This document shows, piece by piece, positions 29,241-38,554 of a stretch of 64,000 bases of DNA; position 1 is the first letter of the stretch; each line of letters starts with the position of its first letter. Location of the stretch: contig JBAWZD010000002.1 of NCBI GenBank assembly GCA_037143195.1, positions 207,157-271,156 on the forward strand. Reading direction: 5' to 3'. The notes below the pieces were generated by a model, which ran no database searches, was not told where the DNA came from, and was given only the letters and a program-made list of their open reading frames with translations. The stretch is from a bacterium (GTDB lineage: Bacteria; Patescibacteriota; Minisyncoccia; Phycocordibacterales; UBA9973). A program made the position numbers and the translations under genes.

Positions 29241-29379
29241 GCTTGGGTTCGCAAAAAACAAAAAAGCACTTTTGAAAGTACCGGCGTAAATTTCTGAAGA
29301 AATTTCGCCTCACGCTCGCGCCGTCGCGCTCCGCGAGTACTTTCAAAAGTGCTTTTTTGTTTTTTGCGAACCCAAGCTT
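29239..29379. repeat. 141-bp palindromic terminator element A: perfect 43-bp outer arms spanning stop codon to stop codon of convergent genes, with GC-rich core homologous to the element at 58974-59096
   Basis: inverted repeat and core identity read directly. Confidence 0.7.
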
Positions 29380-29935
29380 ACTGCGTCTTCGCTGTCAGCG
29401 TACCTTTGTGCCACGGCGTGCCAAGAGCGGGAAGTGCCCAGTAATCAAGTCCGAGATATCCCACGACGCGCCACGCAAGGATGAGTCCAAGCGAAAGGAT
29501 AAGGAGCACGGGGTTTACGCTCACCGTTCCCGCGAGGAGATAGTTGAGATTCATAAAGAATCCAAAGAATGCGGCGATGCCAGCAAACAATCCAATGATG
29601 AGCGCAACACCGACGAGCACTTCGCCGTATGCAACGACGTGTGACCACAATGCTGCATGAGGAAGAATGGCGTGAGAGAGGAACCATCCATACCAACTTT
29701 GGACATCAGGATGGTCGCCAACAGTTTTGGCGAGGGCTGCTCGCAAAAATCCTGTAAGTGCGCCACCTGCTTGTCCACCAACCCACGCAGGTGAGTGGAC
29801 TTTGTCCAAGCCTGCTTCCAGCCATTGCCATCCGACATACACGCGGACGATGAGCCAGAACCAGGCGAACTTGGGACTTTGTAAAATAAACTGCGCGAAC
29901 TTTGGTTCTTCAATTACCTGTGAAGAAGTATTCAT
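29378..29935 (-). CDS. DoxX family membrane protein
   Basis: hydrophobic profile, DoxX-like N-terminus. Confidence 0.6.
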   Translation of the reverse strand: MNTSSQVIEEPKFAQFILQSPKFAWFWLIVRVYVGWQWLEAGLDKVHSPAWVGGQAGGALTGFLRAALAKTVGDHPDVQSWYGWFLSHAILPHAALWSHVVAYGEVLVGVALIIGLFAGIAAFFGFFMNLNYLLAGTVSVNPVLLILSLGLILAWRVVGYLGLDYWALPALGTPWHKGTLTAKTQ

Positions 29936-30139
29936 ACTTTTTACTGTTATAAATTCACCTAATAATAAAAACGAACTTTACCTATCATACAACTTTGTGT
30001 CGTTTTAGTTATCCACCATTGCTCTGGTTTTGTGCGAGGGCGTATAATGGCAGTCCACTAGTTTCGATATATCGCAACTATTTGATTATTTACTCCTCAT
30101 CCGTCAGTCGCGGAAGGGAATACTAGAACAACAACACAC

Positions 30140-30688
30140 ATGGATACGAGAAAAAAATGGGCTCGCACACTTGGTGCATTTATGATTTGTTTGATTGTTC
30201 GATTGATTCCTGTTCGCGCTCCAAATGTTGAGCCTATACTCGCCGTACAGATGCCATTTGCGAAGCGATACGGCCCGCTCCTTGCGTTTTTGTTTGGGTT
30301 CGCGAGTATTCTCCTCTATGACATCATAACGAGCCGTGTGGGCATCTGGACGCTTATTACAGCCATTGCCTACGGAGCACTTGGAATTGCAAGTTCGCTC
30401 TATTTCAAACACCGTTCTGGTACCCGAAAACAGTTTGTGGCGTTCGCGATTGGTGCAACGATCCTCTATGACGCGATTACGGGGCTCACGATTGGACCAT
30501 TGTTCTTCCATCAGAGTTTTGTGACTTCGTTTGTCGGTCAAATTCCATTTACTGCATTCCACTTGCTCGGAAATATCCTCTTCGCTCTTGTACTCAGTCC
30601 TGCAATCAATCGTTACCTTACGTTTGATGATGCTCGAAGTCGTTCATTCGTCGAAAATCCAATTACAAATCCATCATTCATCTCATAA
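30140..30688 (+). CDS. membrane protein, possibly an ECF-transporter S component (CbrT-like), first gene of the nrdJ operon
   Basis: about 180 aa with 5-6 helices; context with B12-dependent RNR; 3-nt gap to nrdJ. Confidence 0.4.
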   Translation: MDTRKKWARTLGAFMICLIVRLIPVRAPNVEPILAVQMPFAKRYGPLLAFLFGFASILLYDIITSRVGIWTLITAIAYGALGIASSLYFKHRSGTRKQFVAFAIGATILYDAITGLTIGPLFFHQSFVTSFVGQIPFTAFHLLGNILFALVLSPAINRYLTFDDARSRSFVENPITNPSFIS

Positions 30689-30691
30689 CCT

Positions 30692-32968
30692 ATGAAAAAT
30701 CTCAAAAAATACTCTGCACTCAAAAGTATCCAGAAGCGCGACACTTCAATCGTTCCCTTTGATCCAAAGCGTATCGAACGCGCGCTCGCGCGCGCTATGG
30801 AAGTAGCGAACGAGGGAGGAAGTAAAGAGGCAGAGCATGTCATGTTCAAAGTGCTCGACACATTGCTTGCACTCAAAGCGGAAAAGAAGAACAAGAATTT
30901 CATTCCATTCGTTGAGACGATTCAAGACGTCGTTGAAAACGAACTCATTGCAGCAAATTTTTCACAGACAGCCAAGGCATACATTTTGTACCGTAAGGAG
31001 CGCTCGCTCGTGCGTGAGAAAGTTGGATTTGTTCCAGAGAAAGTCAAAGAGCTTGCAACTGAGAGTAAAAAATATTTCCGCAATCCGCTTGCAGAGTTTG
31101 TGTACTACCGCACCTACTCACGTTGGATCCCAGAAGAGGGACGTCGAGAGACATGGGTGGAGACCGTTGATCGTTACATGAGCTTCATGCGCGAGAACCT
31201 CGGTTCAGGTCTCACCGAAAAAGAATATGCAGAAGTCCGCGAGGCGATTCTTCGCCAAGAAGCAATGCCATCGATGCGCCTTTTGCAGTTTGCAGGCAAG
31301 CCCGCACGCCGCTCAAACGTGTGTGCGTACAACTGTTCATTCATTGCGCCTCGATCATTCCAAGATTTCGCTGAGATAATGTACATCTCCATGTGTGGTA
31401 CTGGAGTCGGCTGGAGTGCTGAAAGTGAAAATATTCAAGCGCTTCCACAAATCAAACGCCAGACAGGAAAGAAGCTTCCAACATATCTCGTGCCAGACAG
31501 CAAGGAAGGATGGGCAGATGCATTTAGCTTTGCGATGAAGACATGGTTTGATGGTAATGATGTTTCGTTCGACTACTCACTCATTCGTCCAGCAGGTTCA
31601 CGTCTCAAGACAATGGGAGGCAAGAGTTCTGGTCCAGAGCCACTTCGTTCATTGCTCGATTTCACTCGTGAGCGTATTCTTCGTCGCCAAGGACGTCACC
31701 TCACAAACCTCGATGCACACGACATCATGTGTAAGATTGGAGAATGTGTCGTTGCCGGTGGTGTTCGACGCAGTGCGATGATCTCGCTCTCTGATCTTGA
31801 TGACGAAGCAATTCGTGATTCAAAGAAAGGTCAGTTCTATCTCGCCGAAGCTCAGCGTATGCTCGCAAACAACTCTGCGGTCTACCTCGAGAAACCATCT
31901 GCATCAGAATTCCTCGATGAATGGGTCGCACTCATGAAGAGTGGATCAGGAGAGCGTGGTATTTTCAATCGCGGATCACTCGCAAAGACATTGCCAAAGC
32001 GTCGTCTTGATCAATGGAAAGATGGTATCTATCCATCATGGGGCACAAACCCATGTGGAGAAATCATTCTTCAGTCAAAACAATTCTGTAACTTGTCAGA
32101 AGTTGTTGCGCGCGCAGAAGACACACTCGAAGATCTCGAACGTAAGATTCGCGTTGCCACGATTCTCGGTACGTACCAATCAACACTCACATACTTCCCA
32201 TACCTTTCAAATGAATGGAAGCGCAATTGTGAGAAGGAACGTTTGCTCGGAGTTTCAATCACTGGTCAGTGGGATTCTTCAGTTGCACGTAAGCCAGAAG
32301 TACTTGAACGTCTCAAAACAGTTGCAGTTGATCTCAACAAGAAACTCGCAAAGCGTCTCGGTATCAATCAGTCACTCACTGTTACGTGTGTGAAGCCATC
32401 AGGCACAGTGTCACAGACAGTGGACTGCGCAAGTGGCATGCACCCACGTCATGCTCCATATTACATTCGTCGTGTTCGCATCTCTGCGAGTGATGCACTC
32501 TTCAAGATGCTCCGTGATCAGGGCGTGCCATATCTTCCAGAAGTTGGACAAACAATGGAAGGCGCATCAACATTCGTATTTGAATTCCCAATGAAGGCTC
32601 CAAATGGCGCAATTTGTCGCGATGATATCGACGCAATCAGACAGCTCGAACATTGGAAAGTCGTTAAAGTGAATTACACAGAACACAATCCATCCGTAAC
32701 TATTTCTGTCGGTGAAGATGAATGGATCAAGGTGGGCAACTGGGTCTATGAAAACTGGGATATCGTTGGAGGACTTTCATTCTTGCCACGCTCAAACCAT
32801 GTCTACCAGCTCGCACCATATGAATCCATCACCAAGGAGCAGTACGAAGCAATGCTCGGCAAGGTCTCGCATTTGGATTTCTCAAAGATTGTGACGTACG
32901 AGGTCGAGGACGAGACAGAAGTGAAGCGTGAGCTCGCCTGTGTCGCCGGAGTGTGTGATACCGCATAG
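30692..32968 (+). CDS. nrdJ: class II adenosylcobalamin-dependent ribonucleotide reductase
   Basis: ATP-cone N-terminus, NPCGEI active-site motif, size. Confidence 0.9.
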   Translation: MKNLKKYSALKSIQKRDTSIVPFDPKRIERALARAMEVANEGGSKEAEHVMFKVLDTLLALKAEKKNKNFIPFVETIQDVVENELIAANFSQTAKAYILYRKERSLVREKVGFVPEKVKELATESKKYFRNPLAEFVYYRTYSRWIPEEGRRETWVETVDRYMSFMRENLGSGLTEKEYAEVREAILRQEAMPSMRLLQFAGKPARRSNVCAYNCSFIAPRSFQDFAEIMYISMCGTGVGWSAESENIQALPQIKRQTGKKLPTYLVPDSKEGWADAFSFAMKTWFDGNDVSFDYSLIRPAGSRLKTMGGKSSGPEPLRSLLDFTRERILRRQGRHLTNLDAHDIMCKIGECVVAGGVRRSAMISLSDLDDEAIRDSKKGQFYLAEAQRMLANNSAVYLEKPSASEFLDEWVALMKSGSGERGIFNRGSLAKTLPKRRLDQWKDGIYPSWGTNPCGEIILQSKQFCNLSEVVARAEDTLEDLERKIRVATILGTYQSTLTYFPYLSNEWKRNCEKERLLGVSITGQWDSSVARKPEVLERLKTVAVDLNKKLAKRLGINQSLTVTCVKPSGTVSQTVDCASGMHPRHAPYYIRRVRISASDALFKMLRDQGVPYLPEVGQTMEGASTFVFEFPMKAPNGAICRDDIDAIRQLEHWKVVKVNYTEHNPSVTISVGEDEWIKVGNWVYENWDIVGGLSFLPRSNHVYQLAPYESITKEQYEAMLGKVSHLDFSKIVTYEVEDETEVKRELACVAGVCDTA

Positions 32969-32971
32969 TCT

Positions 32972-33541
32972 ATGCTGTATACCAGAAAAGGAGATAAAGG
33001 AACGACGAAACTCTTCGACTGTCCGCAAGGAACGCGGATGTCGAAGAGCGCCGTGACCTTTGAAGCGCTCGGAACACTCGACGAGTTGAATTCTTCGCTT
33101 GGATATGCCAAAGTGTTGGCTGCTCGTAGTGAGGCCCACCTCATGATGGCAGGAGAGAAGCATTTGTATACGTCGCTCATTGGGCGAATACAGAACATGC
33201 TTTTTACGACGCAGGCAGAGCTTGCGGGAGCGCAGAAACAAGTCACTGAAGCAGATGTGTTGTTTGAAGAACAGGTCATCGCCGAGGTTGAAAAAGATTT
33301 GCCACCGATTACGTCGTTTATCGTCGCAGGTGGTGGCGAGACGGGTGCGTATCTTGATGTCTGTCGTACGATTGCTCGACGTGCAGAACGCGGAGTGATC
33401 GACGCGATGGAGACAGACAAGCGTGCGGTGTCTGATGAGACATTAAAATTCTTGAATCGTCTCTCGAGTGTGCTCTACGCACTCGCTCGATATGCGAATC
33501 ATCAAGAAGGATTTGCGGAGCGTGCGCCAGAGTATAGTTGA
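32972..33541 (+). CDS. PduO-type ATP:cob(I)alamin adenosyltransferase
   Basis: TRKGDKGTT hallmark. Confidence 0.85.
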   Translation: MLYTRKGDKGTTKLFDCPQGTRMSKSAVTFEALGTLDELNSSLGYAKVLAARSEAHLMMAGEKHLYTSLIGRIQNMLFTTQAELAGAQKQVTEADVLFEEQVIAEVEKDLPPITSFIVAGGGETGAYLDVCRTIARRAERGVIDAMETDKRAVSDETLKFLNRLSSVLYALARYANHQEGFAERAPEYS

Positions 33542-33569
33542 GGGTGATGTGCGGTGCGATTACAAATGA

Positions 33570-33735
33570 ATAATCATGATTGGGGAAGTGAGGTGAAAAT
33601 CCTCCACAGTGCCGCTACGGTTATAGTCCGACTACCAATCATTGATGTAGTAATGAAACTTTTTGTTTCATCCCGAGCAGGAAATGGTCGCGCGTACGCG
33701 CGACCCCGGTACTCCTCTCCTCGGGGGAGTTTTTT
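33570..33735 (+). promoter_or_regulatory. candidate cobalamin riboswitch with terminator-type expression platform (hairpin plus TTTTTT at 33709-33734)
   Basis: GGGGAAg-tga-GGTGAAAATCC-tcca-CaGtgCCGCtACgGTtA matches the AdoCbl core GGGAA..GGUGnAAnUCC..CnGnCCCGCnACnGUnA; AGCAGGAAA resembles a degenerate B12 box. Confidence 0.6.
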
Positions 33736-33740
33736 AGTAT

Positions 33741-34160
33741 ATGAAAAAAAATAAGCAATGGTTCGTGGCGGGAGGAGTGCTGATTGTTTTGGTTCTTGTG
33801 ACGACGAGTATGTTTGCAGAGGTGCATCGATTTCAAAAAACGGTTCCGCAATCTGGAGCACCGATTTCATCGACGAATGATCCTCTCGTTTCGTTTGAAG
33901 CAGGGACTGTTCACCTCTCGCTTCCTTTCCGCGCGGGAGAGACGCTGTATGATGCGATGACTGACGCGAAGAACGCGGGCACACTTACATTTTCAGGCAA
34001 AGAATATTCTGGTCTCGGATATTTTGTCACAAGTGTTGGTTCTCTCTCTGAAGGAAACGGGAAGCACCTCATGTATTTTATTAATGACAAGGAAGCATCG
34101 GTTGGTGTTTCAACGTACGCTCCCAAAAACGGCGATACTATTATGTGGAAATTGAAGTAG
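33741..34160 (+). CDS. DUF4430-like secreted/anchored protein (transcobalamin beta-domain-like)
   Basis: signal anchor; riboswitch immediately upstream. Confidence 0.6.
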   Translation: MKKNKQWFVAGGVLIVLVLVTTSMFAEVHRFQKTVPQSGAPISSTNDPLVSFEAGTVHLSLPFRAGETLYDAMTDAKNAGTLTFSGKEYSGLGYFVTSVGSLSEGNGKHLMYFINDKEASVGVSTYAPKNGDTIMWKLK

Positions 34161-34163
34161 TCT

Positions 34164-36323
34164 ATGAAAATCATTCAAAAAATCTCACTCTGCGTGCTCA
34201 GTGTTCTCGTCGCATTTTCAGTTGTTTCATCAGTTCGCGCAGATGATGCAACTCCGCCAGCTGATACGACACCTCCAGTCATTACACTCGTGGGTGACGC
34301 CTCGGTTTCCATTTCACAAGGCGCGACATATACCGATAGCGGAGCGACCGCAAGCGATGATGTCGATGGTAATATCACTGCAAACATTCATGTTGCAGGC
34401 ACTGTTGATACAACGACCGCAGGTTCCTATACACTGACATATTCGGTGAGTGATGCTGCGGGGAATCCTGCCACTCCGGTCACGCGCACGGTCACAGTTA
34501 CACCTGTCGTGGTGGTTCATCCTCTGACAGAAACAGTGTTGATTCGTAATGGAAGTACGATTATCGATCAAGAAACAGTTTCGCTTCCAGCTTCTGGCAC
34601 GGTCACAATCACCGATGATGCTGGTGCGACGCATTCAGTGAATGCAGATAGTGTGCTCGGACTATTGTTTGCAATGAGTCAGGGCGGAACATTTTCGTTG
34701 TCTGATCTTACGTATTACAGCTCGTTTAGTTCACTCTACCTAAAGTGTCTTACTCCAAATGGTGGAAGTGCGCTCTGTGACAATTGGCAATTCGTCGTCG
34801 GTGGTACATCGCCATGGACGAGTATTGATCAGACAATTCTTTCAGGAGGGGAGACAGTTGGTCTGTATTTTGGATCATCACACAGAGTGCGTTTTGATAC
34901 GACACAGGTAACGACTGGCGGATCCGTACATGCAACAGCAGAACAATACAACTATCTCGACAATTCATGGAGTCCACTCACCGGTGTCTCTGTTGGGGTG
35001 ACTGTACCAAATCCAAACGATCCATACAATCCGACAGTCGTGAGTTCTGTTCCTGTCGATGCACAGGGAAATGCAACTCTCTCGTTTCCAAACAGTGGCA
35101 CATTTTCTGTCGGTGTTGTCGAAGACTATTATTTCCCATCATATACCGTGACAGCAACTGCAGCTGTACAAACGAGTGGTGGTGGAGGTGGTTCGGGTGG
35201 TGGGGTGCTGCTTGAAACAACTTCGCCCCAAAAAACTGCGCTCGTGTTGAACACACAAAATGCTTTTACGTTTTTGAAACAAAATCAGAATACTGACGGC
35301 TCTTTCTCTGGCGGTGATATGTATACCGATTGGGCAGGCGTTGCATTTGGCGCGATTGATAAGAATCAAACGGATCCTGCAACACAGAAATTGATTCAGT
35401 ACTTGAGTACACACGCACTCGTTAAACCACGCTTGACTGACTATGAACGTCGCGCGATTGCAGAACTTGCACTTGGACAAAATCCATACACATTCGGCGG
35501 TGTTGATGTCGTTACGCCTGTCGTACAATCGTTTGACGGAACACAATTTGGCGATGCCAATTTGATCAACGATGATGTGTTTGCGCTCATCGCGCTTGAA
35601 AGTGCTGGCTACACGAGTAGTGATGCACTCATCGCAAAAGATGTTGCATATATTCTTTCGAAACAAGGCACCGATGGATCATGGGAGGCAGGTGTCGATA
35701 TGACTTCAGCTACCGTGCAGGCACTCAGCCCGCTCGCAAGTGTGAATGGTGTTTCGGACGCACTCAAAAATGCGTCGACATATCTGGCGCAGAGTGAGGC
35801 GAGTGATGGAGGATTCGGTTCTGCATATACGACGAGTTGGGTTGCACAAGCGATGAATGTTTTGAAAGCATCATGGACAAAGAACGGACATGATGCGCTT
35901 GGATTCCTCGCAGGTTCCCAACAAACTGACGGAGGACTTTTGCTCGCAAGTGACACGATGCCAAATCGTATTTGGGCAACGAGTTATGCTATCCCTGCAG
36001 GTCTCGGACTTTCATGGAATGCGGTTTTGCACTCAGTCGCGCGACCTGTTGTTGCGCCGAAACTTGATCAGACTGTTGCACCTGTTTCAAAAACAGTTTC
36101 GTCAGTCGGCGAGAATGATGGAGCGAAACCAAAACAAAGTGCGCGACACAATCTTGGGGCACTATCCACCGCTCTTGCCGTCCAAGCCCTCGAAAATCCG
36201 ACCCAAACATCGACGCAAAACGCACCGCAAACACCGGCCGAACAGTCACATCCAAAAAAGACATTCAAACAATCAGTAATTGCAATTTGGCATACCTTGG
36301 TACATACTCTTACATCATGGTAA
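34164..36323 (+). CDS. large secreted protein: signal peptide, DUF5011-like Ig domain, Gly linker, alpha/alpha-toroid (prenyltransferase/transcobalamin alpha-domain-like) repeats
   Basis: repeated TDGSF/TDGSW/SDGGF/TDGGL motifs; GGGGGSGGG linker. Confidence 0.6.
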   Translation: MKIIQKISLCVLSVLVAFSVVSSVRADDATPPADTTPPVITLVGDASVSISQGATYTDSGATASDDVDGNITANIHVAGTVDTTTAGSYTLTYSVSDAAGNPATPVTRTVTVTPVVVVHPLTETVLIRNGSTIIDQETVSLPASGTVTITDDAGATHSVNADSVLGLLFAMSQGGTFSLSDLTYYSSFSSLYLKCLTPNGGSALCDNWQFVVGGTSPWTSIDQTILSGGETVGLYFGSSHRVRFDTTQVTTGGSVHATAEQYNYLDNSWSPLTGVSVGVTVPNPNDPYNPTVVSSVPVDAQGNATLSFPNSGTFSVGVVEDYYFPSYTVTATAAVQTSGGGGGSGGGVLLETTSPQKTALVLNTQNAFTFLKQNQNTDGSFSGGDMYTDWAGVAFGAIDKNQTDPATQKLIQYLSTHALVKPRLTDYERRAIAELALGQNPYTFGGVDVVTPVVQSFDGTQFGDANLINDDVFALIALESAGYTSSDALIAKDVAYILSKQGTDGSWEAGVDMTSATVQALSPLASVNGVSDALKNASTYLAQSEASDGGFGSAYTTSWVAQAMNVLKASWTKNGHDALGFLAGSQQTDGGLLLASDTMPNRIWATSYAIPAGLGLSWNAVLHSVARPVVAPKLDQTVAPVSKTVSSVGENDGAKPKQSARHNLGALSTALAVQALENPTQTSTQNAPQTPAEQSHPKKTFKQSVIAIWHTLVHTLTSW

Positions 36324-36649
36324 GGATCTTAAACAAGATCATCAAAAAGATTAAACAACCGCTCCCACGCACGGCCTACCGTCGCAATGCCGAAATCTAC
36401 AAAGTCCTTGCAAATCCAAAGCGATTAGAGATTCTTGACCTGCTCCGCGAACAAGAAATGTGCTGTGACGAGCTCGTCCGAATTCTTGGAGTTTCAAAAG
36501 CAAACATCTCCCAACATCTCGCACTTTTGCGAAATGCCAATCTCGTCTCCGTGCGTCGCGAGGGAGTCAACGGCTATTATCGCATCATCGACCCCGCCGT
36601 CATCGAGCCGTGTCGCGTTTTGTATCGACTTGCTCAAGAGGGGAAATAG
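36317..36649 (+). CDS. ArsR/SmtB family transcriptional regulator
   Basis: HTH CDELVRILGVSKANISQHLALL. Confidence 0.8.
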   Translation: MVRILNKIIKKIKQPLPRTAYRRNAEIYKVLANPKRLEILDLLREQEMCCDELVRILGVSKANISQHLALLRNANLVSVRREGVNGYYRIIDPAVIEPCRVLYRLAQEGK

Positions 36650-36665
36650 ATACGCCTCTTGCACA

Positions 36666-36698
36666 AAGAACCTTATAACATAAGGTTTTTTGTGCCTG
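36666..36698 (+). terminator. intrinsic terminator (15-bp stem, T-tract)
   Basis: cacaaagaaccttat/ataaggttttttgtg. Confidence 0.6.
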
Positions 36699-36749
36699 CA
36701 CCACCGGAAGATTTTGTGAAAATAGTTACGGCGAGATATAATTGTTTAC

Positions 36750-37886
36750 ATGGAAACGAACCAACCGAATGGGTTGTCAGATAGCGGACCTCAAGAATCA
36801 TCCGAGGAAAAGGGTGATTCAACCGTAATCGAAAACATAGATTCTTGGAAAATCAAGAACTATTATCAAGTGCTCGGGGTTACGAACAAGGCAACACCCG
36901 AAGAAATAAAGAAATCATACCGTAAGCTTGTAACCAAATATCACCCTGACAAAGTTGCTTCCTCGGGTTTAGAAGCAGTCAAGAAAAATTACGAAGAAAT
37001 AATCAAAATAATTAATCAGGCGAATGATGTTATTTCTGACAGTCGTCTTCGAGTAGCCTACGATGAAAAAATTCTTGCAAAGGAGCAGGCTGGTTTTTCG
37101 AGCTCTACTCAAGAAGCAACATTCGAAGGTTCTTCTGGTTCAGTTCAGTTTAATCAGGAAATATACGAGCGGATGTTAAAAGATATTGATGCCTTATTTG
37201 AAAATCGCCAGTCATTCCCTGGTAGATATGAAAGAAAAGTACGCCCAGTTTTTCAGCAGTACGAATCGATGGTCAATGCGAAGAAAAAAGAAGCTTCAAT
37301 AATCGCAGATGATGATATAAAAAAGTTTGAGTTAAATGTAACAACAAAGAATGGAGCCAAAAGAGTCAGCTTGATGAAAGAGCAAATTACAAATAAGCTG
37401 AAGAGCAGTTATTTGTTCGGTGCCTTTAAGAGGTATGAGCAACAGAAAAATATGGTCAATCTATCAAAAGAGTATGCAAAAATTCAGATAGAGAATGGAA
37501 TACTCATTGCTACTGATGCCTACGTGCAACCCCCGATGTCCTTTAGTGGCGCTATCGATGGCAAAATGGATAATTATGTATATGGGAAAGATTCGAATGC
37601 TGATGCAGAAGCGAGTTATTACAAAATATTAGATCCTGATAGTGGGAAGGAGCTTACGTCAGCCGCATATAAAAAAATTGAATTTAGTAAAAAAGGGAAA
37701 GATGATAAGGAGATAGAATTAATTATTGGACATCAGCCATACAAAGTAAAAAACGAAAATCTCATCACTCAGAGTAATAATTCAAATTATAGCTACGGAA
37801 TTTTGAATAATAATATTTCCCGAATTCTAGGTTATAAGGAGAATGGCAAACTCTATTTTCTTTTGGAAGATGTGTCTCCCTACTAA
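36750..37886 (+). CDS. J-domain (DnaJ-like) protein with uncharacterised C-terminal region
   Basis: YYQVLGV...KKSYRKLVTKYHPDK J-domain. Confidence 0.7.
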   Translation: METNQPNGLSDSGPQESSEEKGDSTVIENIDSWKIKNYYQVLGVTNKATPEEIKKSYRKLVTKYHPDKVASSGLEAVKKNYEEIIKIINQANDVISDSRLRVAYDEKILAKEQAGFSSSTQEATFEGSSGSVQFNQEIYERMLKDIDALFENRQSFPGRYERKVRPVFQQYESMVNAKKKEASIIADDDIKKFELNVTTKNGAKRVSLMKEQITNKLKSSYLFGAFKRYEQQKNMVNLSKEYAKIQIENGILIATDAYVQPPMSFSGAIDGKMDNYVYGKDSNADAEASYYKILDPDSGKELTSAAYKKIEFSKKGKDDKEIELIIGHQPYKVKNENLITQSNNSNYSYGILNNNISRILGYKENGKLYFLLEDVSPY

Positions 37887-37908
37887 TTAAAAAAAGTGGG
37901 GCGGTTTG

Positions 37909-38493
37909 TTACTCAAGCGGAGCATCTCCAGTCGGCACACGCTTTCGCTTGATTAAAACTGTCATGAGCGAATTCGTCGTGATCATTGCGATCGAGTGCA
38001 GTGTTGTCGCGAGGTTGTAGGCTTGGAGTGAGAAGAGCATCAAGATGTGACGAAGCACGTTCATGCTGTAGAGCATCGGTGTTTCGGTTTCTGGGTGGCT
38101 CCACGTCTTACGAATTGTCGGCACGAAGGCAATCAAATCAATACTGACGGCGATGATGACAGACACGGTTGGATCTTTTGTCAGAATCCATGGAATGATA
38201 CCGAGGAGCGCAATGACGAGGAAGAGTGTGTCGACTTTGCGAATACTTTTAAATCCATATTGGAGTGAAAAAAAGAAAATGATGACAGTAAAAATTTCGC
38301 TTGCTGCGGTCGGGATTGCGCCGATGCCTGCGCCCTTGGCGAGCTGACCAAAAAAGATGATACACGAGACGATGGTCCACACGAGCCATGTGTATGGATG
38401 TGGTTGCACACGTTTGCGGATAATATCACGGAGATAGGGGACATTTCCGACGACGGCAAGGAGCGAGGCGACGAGCGCAATGTAAAATTTCAT
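37909..38493 (-). CDS. polytopic membrane protein, unknown function
   Basis: hydrophobic profile. Confidence 0.5.
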   Translation of the reverse strand: MKFYIALVASLLAVVGNVPYLRDIIRKRVQPHPYTWLVWTIVSCIIFFGQLAKGAGIGAIPTAASEIFTVIIFFFSLQYGFKSIRKVDTLFLVIALLGIIPWILTKDPTVSVIIAVSIDLIAFVPTIRKTWSHPETETPMLYSMNVLRHILMLFSLQAYNLATTLHSIAMITTNSLMTVLIKRKRVPTGDAPLE

Positions 38494-38554
38494 GATTCTA
38501 GCATACCACCGCGCACGCTTTATTTATAGGGGAAAATTGGTATACTAGCCGTAT

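Noticed and set aside
29936-30139. Possible second cobalamin riboswitch upstream of the nrdJ operon
   Set aside because: Only a GGAAGGGAA fragment is present; no GGUGnAAnUCC or CCCGC core. The region is better explained by a ttgctc-N18-tataat promoter at about 30019-30049 and an unstructured leader.
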